From NCBI RefSeq assembly GCF_964355755.1, contig NC_092672.1, positions 3,968,001 through 4,032,000 on the forward strand: a DNA stretch of 64,000 nucleotides, written 5' to 3'. Each line of letters starts with the position of its first letter. The first letter of the stretch is position 1. Shown one piece after another: positions 39,559 to 51,587 of the stretch. The translations under genes and the position numbers were made by a program. Source of the DNA: Antedon mediterranea. Its lineage: Eukaryota > Animalia > Echinodermata. The notes below the pieces were generated by a model. That model made no database searches and was not told where the DNA came from. It saw only the letters and a list, made by a program, of their open reading frames with translations.

Positions 39559-41469
39559 AGTAAACATATACAAATAATTGTATTGTTTTAAACACTTTAG
39601 ATGAATGATGCTAATTCAAAAGAAGCTTTTGTTAGTAATTTTTTAAGATCAATTTTACCAGTTAAAATATTATAGATATAACATTTATTTCATTTGTGCA
39701 ACTAAATTGTTTAAATAAATGTTAGAAATAAAAATATTAATATTCAGTATTTTGAGTAAATTTATGTTATGTTTAAACTATGCAGGCGGTTCAAAAGAAT
39801 TACATTTCTTTACACACTTTATTACGGCTTATTCACACTCAAATAAGTCCTGAACTAGGAAGGTTTTAGTAAATTTATCCACTACAATTCTGAATTAATT
39901 AATGAAAGACTGTCAACATTCAGTTGTTTGACATTTGACCGGCAACTTTTAACAGATTTTATACATTTATTAACCCATGGCTGGTAGTAGTACTACACCT
40001 TACAAAGATTATGCTAAGAGAAATTTATCAGCATGGGTAACTCTGCAAGTTCCTTGTTTAAAAATCAAAGCCTCTTCTTTTTTTAAAGTTTTGAATTCTT
40101 TCCTTGGCACGTTATTTTATAAAATTCATATGAATCGCAATATTGCTCATGATGACACTGGAAACCAGTTTGTTACAACTTGACATATAACTTTACATAA
40201 AATATAAAAAAGAACTGAGCATACTTTTAAACTCTGTCTACACTATGAAGCTATTTTAACAAAATATGGTAGTAATATGCCAAAAGATGGTCATCATATC
40301 CATATATTGAGAAATCAAATTTTGTTGTCACATAAACTTTGATAGTGTAGACAGAGTTTTAGATGAAACAATGATACAAAAATTTTTCCGTGCCCAATTA
40401 TAGGAATAGTACATTCGGAATAGACTACACTACTTTAGAATACTTACGGACAATTCCCTAGAAATTGGGCGTGGTTTCCAGACATCGTTACCGACACCAT
40501 TCAGCGTCAACTCCTGACACGTTTTTGGCAATTTCCTCTTCAAATAAACAGTTGGCGGTGTCTGTTTAGAGAGAACCTTTTCAAAAGACATACCAACAAA
40601 AAACTCCATTCTTTTTAACGTTGCTAAGCAGCTTAGTCTTGCACATGGATCTTTACAGAGTAACTACAGGAAAAAAAAAGTGATCATAAAGAAAAATGCA
40701 TAAACTACTAGAGACTATGAGGTCATCGAAGGTCAGGCTGTTGTATACTGCAAAAAAGAAAGATATAAACGTGGTGTTATTAGGGAGCTATCAATCTGCG
40801 ACGATCTAGAAATTAGTTGTGTTGCCAAAAAAATGAATGTTCAAAAAGAATGTTGAAATGGATCTGTGTGCACACAATAATATGGCATAAAACTATAGTA
40901 GCTTCGGCATAAAATTATAGTAGCTCCGAGTTCATTGATTATGAGATGAGAATTTTAAAAATTTAATTAAAAAGTAGTTAACTAAAAATGAATCAACTGT
41001 TACCTGAAGAATGACGTCCTGAGCAGGATAACTAACAAATGGAGGTAACTTGAATTCCTTATTTATAACCTTATTATACATCTCAATGTGATTGGTGGAA
41101 CCGCTTAACGGATATTTACCCGTCATCAAGCAAAACATTATAATGCCGAGTGACCACCAGTCGACACAATGATCATAGTCTCCCATATTTAGTACTTCAG
41201 GCGCTGAAAAAATTAAGGTAGATGTTTAGTTGTCCTGTTAAAACTATGGTATAAATTTGGAGACTATTACAGAGCAGAATTTAGATTTGTGACCATGTTT
41301 AGTTATTGGTGGTTGATATAGGATTTTAAAAAAGGTAGTAGGGCCGAAAATCAACAAAAGGAAGCAGTTCTGTGCATCTCCTATTCTAGCTTACAATAAC
41401 TATAAACTACATACTACAAATTCAGCATTTTATTAATCAATTTAAAAAAACTGTCTACCTGTTGAACAA

Positions 41470-41925
41470 TTACCGATTTCCATCTGAAACTTTATTTAAA
41501 CGATTAAATATTTTTAATTTATTTGATATTAATAAAGTTCAATTATCAATATTTATGTTTCAGTATTTTATGAAAACGCTTCTTATGCCTATGTTAAAAT
41601 TGTTAGATACTACTAAGAAAACTCATTCACATAATTTTAGAAATCCTTCTGTTCCAGTTCCCTTCATATGGAATAATCTTGATGTTTCAATTAAAAATTC
41701 TGTTTCTTTACCAGCTTATAAAAGTAAATTAAAAAATAAATATTTATCACTGTACCAACAATAATTTTATATAACATTAATTAAGGTAGCCTTTTATATA
41801 TGTTTTTTTTGTCTCTCTTAGGGAAATGGTGAGACAAGTTTTTTACTTCTAATCATGACCCCAATGATGGCATTCCTTTCTCTTATTTACCTCTCCTTGT
41901 CTTTGTTTGAAATTGAAATAAATTA
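41470..41925 (+). mobile_element. 5'-truncated CR1/L2-group LINE 3' fragment in kinase intron
   Basis: YRFPSETLFKRLNIFNLFDINKVQLSIFMFQY..HSHNFRN..IWNNLDVSIKNSVSLPAYKSKLKNKYL resembles the ORF2 C-terminus of this LINE group; AATAAA at the 3' end; absent from the three paralogous introns. Confidence 0.7.
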
Positions 41926-43420
41926 ACTATTTTGGATGATATTATTTAAAGATAGCAAAATGACTCGCGTATTAGAGATAATAATAGATATACAATTACC
42001 CACCCATATACATAAGTGTCCCACAGACACTGGACGTTCTACCACCTTTCTTCAGCCATTTTGAAAGTCCAAAATCGGACAGAAATATATGACCGCCCTC
42101 ATCAAGTAAAATATTCTCCATCTGAAAAGAAAAATTAATGTTTAATGCCTTTTAAATCTTTCAGCCAAGCCAATTTAAACTCTCTGACTGTAATTTACTT
42201 CCAAAATCCAGAATTGGAATATGACCACTTTCAACTAGCAGAACAATCTGCATCTGCTATGAAAATAGAAATAATTATAGCAGAAGTTCTTTTATTATTA
42301 TATATTAATATGCATATATATATATATAAATAATAAAAATTCTTATTATATAATATTTTACTTTTTTTCGAATACATACCTTTAAATCTCTATATATAAT
42401 TCCTGCCCTATGTAAAAATGCCAAAGCCATCGCTATACGAATACGAATAGAACTTTACGAATACGATCTCCATGAGTGGCATAATACATTACTTTAAATC
42501 AGAACAAACAAAATAAATTATATTATTTGAAATATTTTTGTATTTTCAAATTGATTTCCCTAATATTTTTTTTGCATTTATTGAAAAAAAAAATATTGAT
42601 TAGTATGTCCTTATCCGAGAAGACCACTAGGATTATGGCTGTGGAGTGCCTTGAACATGTGCCGATTTTATGGCTATGGTTGGCAGCACCTCTGCCTTAA
42701 ATCGCTTGATCACTCAGCTGATGGAACTCTCACATATATATAACTATATCTTTATTTGTGTAAATAAAACACATGTTAAACATAAATATATACATCATCA
42801 TCTTAAATCCTGATATCTTAATCTGTCATCACACAGCTTACAAATTATATATAGATATCGATATCAATACATATCTGAATTCAACAACAGTTTATCTAGG
42901 TATGCAGCTCACATACAGCATCAACATTGGAGAAATGTATGTAACTGATTAAGAATTAACCATTAAGTTTCCATTACAAAAAGGCAAATTGTCCAACAAG
43001 AGCTAAATGTTAATATGAATGTATGACATAGATATGGAAATAAGAAAAAACTAAAGTATATTTAATATTTATTTTATTTGTAGCTTTGTGGATTTACAGT
43101 TTAAAAAAAACATGATACAAAAAGAGACTAATTAGATGAGGGTGCATTAATTGAATTGTGGAACAGGAACGTCAGCACATTCCTGGTTAAATTAGAAAAA
43201 AAAAACAATAAACAACCATTTGATAGTGCATTCACCAATTACTGTTTAAAGTTGTCTACACTATCAAACATTAGTTGACAAAAATGTGTGATTTGCACAA
43301 ATATAGGGTAGTGATATGACATCATCATGTCCATATATGGGCACATCACATGTCTTTGTCACAAGTTTGATAGTAATAGTATAGATAAGGCTTTACTCCA
43401 CCAAGCATTCTATGGTTGAC

Positions 43421-43446
43421 CATAGAGATATTATAATATCTCTATG
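43421..43446. mobile_element. 26-bp perfect palindrome with 7-bp TSD (P-superfamily-like footprint)
   Basis: GGTTGAC|CATAGAGATATTATAATATCTCTATG|GGTTGAC; single GGTTGAC at ~20730 and ~30561. Confidence 0.78.
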
Positions 43447-45192
43447 GGTTGACAAGCATGAACAGAAGTTAAAATAATATCTGTTGCTTAAGTAACTATT
43501 ATTTTACGTATACTAATCAGGGAAGATTTAGGCGGGGAAGATTTAGGTGGGGCTAAACAGGCTTTAGCCCCCCCTCCCCCTAAAATTTAACAGCCATATC
43601 TTTTTAAAAAATAAAATAATGACTATTATTCTGCAACTTGACGGATCGTTTTATTATTTATGAAATATTTAGCGCCCCCCCCCCCCAATCTATAATGCTT
43701 GATCCGCCCCTGCTAGTCAATATAGGCCTACCATTTACCTAAATTCGTTCATGTTTGACATTTCAATCAATTCTTTTAATATTGGATTTCTTAATGAAAA
43801 TTTACTAAATAAAAATTTAGACAAATCTAAATTATTTTAAACTGAAATAGGACATGCTTTTTAGCAAATAATTTAATAATAGATACATGAAAAAATAAAT
43901 TATATAAACTCCTTGGCGGAAGTAATAACTGTTACATAAAACACAAATATTTGCATATAAAAAAACAACTTATATAAAACGTATAAACTGACAATGTTGG
44001 TGATGCTGACATATTTGGATGAGCATATTTGTTTAGACAAAAATGGTACAATTGCACAAATTAATGTTGAAAATGAGGTAAACTGTCAGCATATGTGGAA
44101 TGCAGGTATGTTTGTGTACAAGCCTTTTTTTTTATAGCAGTACTCAATATGTTTCTAGGTATAATTTTAATAATATTTGAAAAATCTACTCAAATTAAAA
44201 ATGTCTATTTAATATATGTTTACAGGGTTTTATTATAACCAGTGGTGACCCCAGGAAATGTTCGAGGGAGGGTAATTAACGTCGGAGACTTGTGGGAATT
44301 TCTCTCCAAATTATTAATACTTGTAGTATGATAGTAGTATGAAATGTTTTATCAACCAACATGCACTTTATTTGAACATTTACTGTAAATTCTTGCACCT
44401 GATTTGCACAAAACAAACATATAAATAATATAAATATAATAATATATATAAAAAAAAACATTTATGAAAACAAAAGATTTGATGGTATGTACATTTATAC
44501 ATTGACATATTTACTATACATGGAAATTGAAATATAAATTAAAGGAATGTTTTGGATTAAAAATAAATATTAAAACAGATTGCACGTAGCAAAACTTGGA
44601 AAGTTTTACAATTAAATAATGTAGACTAATAGTACCATAAATCTAACACCAATTTACTATGTTGTTTGAAGCCAACTACAGTACACCTACTACACCTTCA
44701 GGACCCCAAAAAATGTTCCCTTAAAGAAGTATTGTCCCCAAAATATGAAAAATAAAGATTAATTAAATCAGACTTTGAATATGTTATTTTGTAGTTTTAA
44801 TAAAGTTAAAGATGTATTGTCCCCAAAAACATGAAAAATGAAGATTAATTGAATTAGACTTTGAATATGGTATTTTTTAGTTTTAATAAAGTTAAAAATC
44901 ACTTCTGTAGAAAAAAAAAACGAAAAAAATAATGTTTTACTTATAAAATGACAAAATAAATGGTTAAATTCAACCAAAAACCAATTGGCTGGCCGTTTTA
45001 AATTACAGGTAAATCAATTTTTTTTCGATCCAATTTTTGGTCAAAGTGGAACTATTATGTGACATTAAAATGGCATATTCAACAAAAATCTTGAGAATTA
45101 TTTTTTTCAGGGGGACAATACATCTTTAATAGGGATGTCCTAAAGGAGGGGTTCTTCTGTACTGTATATCTTTTTTTAGCTTGTATTAAAGG

Positions 45193-45248
45193 CTTAACTT
45201 AGAACTTCTGACGAGAACCGGTGTTTTAACGTGGTAAAGCCGTATTCA
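45193..45248 (-). pseudogene. 3'-truncated 5S rRNA retro-fragment (~56 nt) with 15-bp TSD
   Basis: Minus strand GAATACGGCTTTACCACGTTAAAACACCGGTTCTCGTCAGAAGTTCTAAGTTAAG resembles the 5' half of invertebrate 5S rRNA; flanked by AGCTTGTATTAAAGG direct repeats; empty site at ~32139. Confidence 0.75.
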
Positions 45249-45358
45249 AGCTTGTATTAAAGGTCTGTGTGTATTGAAAATCTATACAGTTTAGTTGGTT
45301 ATGTAATGGTATGAATGTCGCAGGTTCAAATCTTACCAGAGACATTTTTTTAATTTAA

Positions 45359-45950
45359 AGCTCAGGTACAGGCATGAATTTTAAATTTAATATTTGGTTA
45401 ATTGTACATAAATCAAATATTTGTAACAGAAATCGAGACGAAAAAACATGAATTTCACTTAATATGGTCAAATACAAAATTTGGCAAAATTCTTCCATAA
45501 AAACCAGGAAGACTTTTTTTCAGTAGTTAGGTAGTTAACCTAATGTAATAACATGTCTGGTGACTCCCTAGACGGTGAAAAAAGATGGTGGATATACGGT
45601 GGATAATTTTTTGCTATAGCATGAAAATAAAAATCTGAAGTTGAATAAAAATATCAGAAATGTAATATTCAAGTTATATTACCTATATTTAGTCATCTGA
45701 TAACATTTTTTACCACCGTTTATTTTTCATAGCTTTTTAAAATGCCTCTCTATTTACAAAATGTGTGTACAAACGAATAGAGATTTTACTGTGTAATTTG
45801 AACTATCCCCCACTGATAAGAAAGTGCTTATTTTCAACAAACTCGTGTAACACAAATAAAATCCCAAAAATTATGAAACATAGGGGAAACTATAGATCGA
45901 TAATTAATGGAATGTATGATCAATAGAAATTTTTTGCCCGCACCTGGCTT
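45359..45950. mobile_element. Kolobok-type MITE, present only in this block
   Basis: TTAA duplicated; imperfect TIRs AGCTCAGGTACAGGCA / TGCCCGCACCTGGCTT; empty sites at ~22428 and ~32252. Confidence 0.7.
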
Positions 45951-48379
45951 TTAACAAAATGTTTGGAACTTGTGTTGATATATGAGCTATGTTTGATATA
46001 CAGTTCATTCCAAAATGAGCAGTTTGGTTTCTAGTAATGATTATATAGGCCTATTACACTGTATTTATTGGCCTACTATACATGCCATTCTCTACTGTAC
46101 AATTATTTGACTAAATGTTATTTTCAAGGCCTTTGTAGAAAAGATACCACAATTATATGACATTTATTCAGGCTTTTAGTCACGTTTAATAGGTCCTTTT
46201 TTAAGCAAAAACCAGCTGAATTGGCTCCAGCCTTCAGTCACTTTGGAGGGTTCACCAGTCAATCCAATTGGCACCAGGCTTTTAGTCTCTGGGGCTTGGT
46301 CCTATTAAACACCACACAGCACTGTAATAGTACCACTAACATTAGACAATAATGCATGTTAGTATTGACCCTTAAATAATCAACGTCGCTACTAATATAA
46401 CTTAACCTAACCTTCTCAATATTCCCTTCTATAGGTAGTGTGTTAGTGGAGTCTATCCTAGAGTCATATAACATCTAAATAAATTCCTGTCATTTGATTG
46501 TGGATCACATGGCGTGCAATAGTACGCACTATTAAACGATCGTTTAACAGTACTTTTTTTGTGTACGAAAAAAAAAAAATTTTGTTTTATACTATTGCGT
46601 TTGAAATACAACAGCGCCACCCATGTTGTACTTTCGCGGCGATTTTAATGTTATGACTGGTTTTTCGCGATGGAAGTACATTTCTGGAGAGATATATGTA
46701 CTAATTTAGATCAAAAAGGCATTTAAATTAGCTTCAGATCGTTTATAGGATTTTGATTAACTAATGGGAATATCTCTAAAAGATATGAAATCGTTGAAAA
46801 AACATAATTAGCCTAGATGAGTTCTAGTTGCCTGTCAAAGTTTTGCCTTTCAGCCTAGCTAGTAGGCCTGTTAGTACTAGCAAGGTTAAAACATCTAGTT
46901 GTTTGGTCGTTTGTTGACATAATTAACACTAAAGTAGGTGTGTTTATAAAATCCATATAAATATAACATTTAATATAATATTATAAAACACCAAATGTTA
47001 CTGTCAATGTGAATCAAATGTAAGCCTAAGCCTACCTTTTATTTGATTCCAATGACAGGATTCTATTTAGATGTTATATAAAACAAATAATGAATCCTTT
47101 ATATTCGTGATGAATATTTGGTGAATGATGAAAGGTTATATATCAACTCGACTTCGCCTTGTTGAAATATAACCAGGCTTTCATCATTCACCTCATGCCT
47201 TTATTTGTACCATTACACTCATAAAAATTCATATTTTGTATCATTTACAAATAGTGTTGTGTGGTGTTTAGTAGAGGACTAAACAGACTGCCACTCTTTT
47301 TGGAGGGCTAAGGGCACTAGTCAATCCAACATGCTCAATAGGCTCCTGCCTTTGGTCTCTCTGGAGTCAGTCCAAGTGTTCACATAGCATGAAGAACAAT
47401 CTTCAAATGAATTCTGATAATGATGATTTACTTCATGGCGAATCTGTGTTGTTGTTATAAGTCAGTTTCTCTAATCCAATCAAAGTTATCAAACTGTAAA
47501 ATAGAAAATATTATTATTATTATTATTATGTAATAATTAAAATGTCTAAATCAAAAATAAAAACTTAATATTGACTATTACAACATAATCTACATGAAGA
47601 CCCTTAAACAAAGGATACATTATATTCATATTTGACTACAGTAAGGAACAAAATATGTAACCATCACATCATATTTTGTTTTACATTAATGGGACGAATT
47701 ATATTAATATTTGAATACAGTAAGAAATATGTAAACATAACATCATATTTTGTTTTACATACTACTGTAATGGGACAAATTATATTTATATTTGGCTGGA
47801 GTAAATACTACAACATATGCTCTTCAGTGTAAGAACTGACATGTGTGCGCATACACACTTTTTAAGAAACATGAAGCATCAAGTTGATGGACGTTCAGAA
47901 ATAGACCAATCAGCATCTTCCTATTATTTTACCTAATGGGAAGAATTCTTAATTATCTATGTTCACATGTGAGAGGGAGGTACTTCACAAAAACTGCAGA
48001 AGTCATCGGATATTGCAGTTCCGATTAGTAATCCGGTTTGAATAGTTCCCTTCCTATATATGTTATTGTAACACAAAGAGCCGGTCTAATAAATGATAAC
48101 CACATGTACATGTACTTGTTTGTTTGGAAAAAAACATTTAACAAGTTCGAAAGTCGTGGGAATTGAATGATATGTCCTTTACATTGTGGTATAATATTAG
48201 CAAATGGACCAATCAGGGAATGTTCGATTGCAAAATCACAACATATTGATTACACGTGAGGAACAGATTTCATCTATAAAAGTCGAGCGAAAATTGAAAC
48301 TGGATTTATTCATACAACAGCAGATGACAGGGAAACATCCAGTTTACAGATCAACAGAAAAGACATCCAGAATACAACA

Positions 48380-50022
48380 ATGTATCTCCGGTAAGTAAAT
48401 TGTTATTTAAGCTTTTAATAATATTTAGGATGATATTTGGTGCTACTGTACTTTAGCACTGCTCCTCTGTACTTTGACATTACTGTCTTTTACTGTAGTA
48501 CTGATTTGTTAGAATTCTGTAACCTTCCTTGTATATGTTGCCGGTGGGAAGGAAAAAACAATATTAAAACACACAGAAGGTACAGTATGGGTATACTCTA
48601 GTTAGGAATGCAATACAACTGAAGATCATTTAATACAAGTCAATTTCTGTTTAAATATTCTTTTACCATTAATGTTCTATTTAGCATATCTGAAATCATT
48701 TTTTTTTATACATTAACATTTTGTCACCGATTATTGTAAGGTAAACTGGAGTCCATTCTAAACACAGTGAAATGAGCTGTTAGGATCTCAATGTAATAAG
48801 ACATTATGTGATAGGCTGGCCAATTCCTTTCCATGCCGTATTATGCTTCCTAACATTTTCAATCAGGTACTCATTTACAGCTGACCTGTTGTTATTGGGA
48901 AATTAACTTGGGTCTTATATCATATTCAAACATCTTGTTTGGCTTAGTTTTGTTTTTTCCTTGTACAACTGGACAGCCAGACCGCTTCTTGGTCCTGAGA
49001 ATCGTATGTAGGCTGTGAAATAAAAGGGTTGCAGAATGCTGGCTGATGATGACATCATGATCAGTGTGCAAAACATACTTTGACGAAACTCTGACTAATG
49101 GATTGCAACCTTTTTTTTAAATGAAAGGGGTATTTTTATAAATATGGTAGATTGGAAGAGTGCAATTATTACTAAAAATTTTTAGAGGGGAAAAAGTTAA
49201 CTTACAGTTTTTATATTGAATTTCAGATTTAATTTGATGTTAACAATTGTGATACAGATTAGTATAATCTATGTCATCAAATCAGCAGCTCAAACCAATT
49301 CTGAAGCTTGTAATAGCTGTTGTACAGCTGGGGTTCCTGGCATTCCAGGAAATCATGGTAATCCAGGTGCAATAGGGCCACAAGGAATGAATGGAATACA
49401 AGGAATGAAAGGAGAACAAGGAATTAATGGAGAACAAGGAATTAATGGAGAACAAGGAATAAAAGGAGAACAAGGATTGAATGGAGAACAAGGAATGAAA
49501 GGAGATAATGGAAGCAATGGCTTAGATGGGACTCCTGGAAAGTTAGGACCAACTGGACCTCAAGGCCTCATTGGACTACCAGGTGCAAATGGTGTAAAAG
49601 GAGAAAAGGGTGAACAAGCTAGTCAGCAGAAATCTGCCTTTACAGCAGTTTATACATCAGACCCAGGTCGTCCTATTGGTCCATTAAAATATGACACAAT
49701 AATTACAGATGTAGGAAATCACTACAACAAAGAAACAGGCAAGTTTGTCTGTGCCATTCCAGGTGTTTATGTATTCCAGGTGACATCAACAAAATCACAA
49801 GGTGGTCGTCAAATTGTAACAAGAATCATGAAAAATAGGAATATTCAAATGTCCACAAGGATGAGTGCTGATGGGTTGAATTCTATAAGCACAATGGTGG
49901 TTCTTAATCTAGTATCAGGTGATGAAGTATGGATTCAGCCAGTTAGTTCAATCGATAACTATTACTGCAGTAGCGGTGCAAGATACTGCTCATTCTCTGG
50001 TTTCTTTCTTTATCCAGCATAA
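48380..50022 (+). CDS. C1qDC gene 8, join(48380..48390,49227..50022), 268 aa, 32 Gly-X-Y; most divergent head domain
   Basis: Same layout; [19 protein letters not shown] and [19 protein letters not shown] differ from all paralogs. Confidence 0.92.
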
Positions 50023-51587
50023 AGTAAAAATATACAAATAATTGTATTGTTTTAAACAATTAATTTGCAAATAGGCATCTAGAAGTCAAACTAAATGTCA
50101 CAAGCTACATTACTATTAATTAAAATGTATTGTCCCCAAAACATGAAAAATGAAGATAACAAACTTTGAATGCTGTAGGCTATTTTGCAGTTTTAATAGA
50201 AGAACAAATTTTAAAAATAATGCTTTTACTAAATATACAGTATAGTTAAATTCAACCAAAAACCCATTGGGTAGCAGCCAATTTACCTATTCACAACTTT
50301 TGGTCAAATAAATACCATTTTTTATGTGAATGTTTACATTTTTTTTTAGAATGTTTAGTGATTTTTTATGTCAAGTATATATATTAGAAACAAAAATATT
50401 AATATTCAGTATTTTGAGTGGATCATTTTGTTGAACTATGAACTATATATGGTATAATTGTTTATGTGAGGTGAGAAAGTTGGATAAAAATCAAAGCCTC
50501 TTCTTCTTTTAAAGTTTTGAATTCTTTGCTTGGCACACTTTATTTTATAAAATTCATATGAATCACAATATTGCTCATGACGACACTGGAAACCAGTTTG
50601 TTACAACTTGACATATAACTTTGCATAAAATACAAAACAGAACTGAATGTTAGAGGAAACAATAAATTCTGATAAAAACAATTAAATATTTGAAATACTA
50701 CAAAATTGCACTAAACATAAAGAAAACATGACAAAATGGTAAAAATACTTGGGAGGATTTTGAAATGAAATAGAGAAATAAAAACACCTCCAAAATATTT
50801 AGACGAATTATATACCAATGAAATATGAAGAGGCTTAAAAACAGGATAAATCATAATAATATTGACTACAGTAAGAAACCAAATATGTAAACATAACATT
50901 TACATATGTTGTTTTACATATTTATACTGTATGTTGGACAAATTATACAAATATTTGACTACATTTACATATTTTGTTTTACATAGTACTGTAATGGGAC
51001 AAATTATATTTATATTTGGCTGGAGTAAATAACTACAACATATGCTCTTCGTGTAAGAACTTGTGACATGAATGCGCATACACACTTTTTAAGAAACATG
51101 AAGCACCCAGTTGATTGACGTTCAGAAATAGACCAATCAGCATCTTCCTATTATTTTACCTAATGGGAAGAATTATTGATTATCTATGTTCACATGTGAG
51201 AGGGAGGTAGTTTATTGAACTTCACAAAAACTGCGGAAGTCATCGGATATTGAAGTTTCGATTAGTAATCCGGTTTAAATAGTTCCCTTTCCTAATGTTA
51301 TTGTAACACAAAGAGCCGGTCTAATAAAGGTACTTGTTTGTTTAAAAAAAAACATTTAACAAGTTCAAAAGTCGTGGGAATCGCATGATATGTCCTGTAT
51401 AATATCAGCAAATGGACAAATTAGGGAGTTTTCGATTGCAAAATGACAACATATTGTTTACACGTGAGGAACAGATTTCATCTATAAAAGTCGAGTGAAA
51501 ATTGAAACTGGATTTATTCATACAACAGCAAATTACAGGGAAACATCCAGTTTACAGATCAACAGAAAAGACATCCAGAATACAACA

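Larger units (their letters stand above)
33734..42491 (-). pseudogene. RSKR: RSKR-like kinase 3' fragment, block 3: exons 42491-42380, 42121-42004, 41203-41004, 40663-40448, 33772-33734
   Basis: Same exons as block 2. First exon carries the same -37-nt deletion/filler as block 1; the other four exons are open. Confidence 0.85.

Noticed and set aside
48204-48398. 64-aa ORF over the gene 8 promoter and exon 1
   Set aside because: Starts upstream of the TATA box, and its 5' part is not conserved as an ORF in the paralogs.
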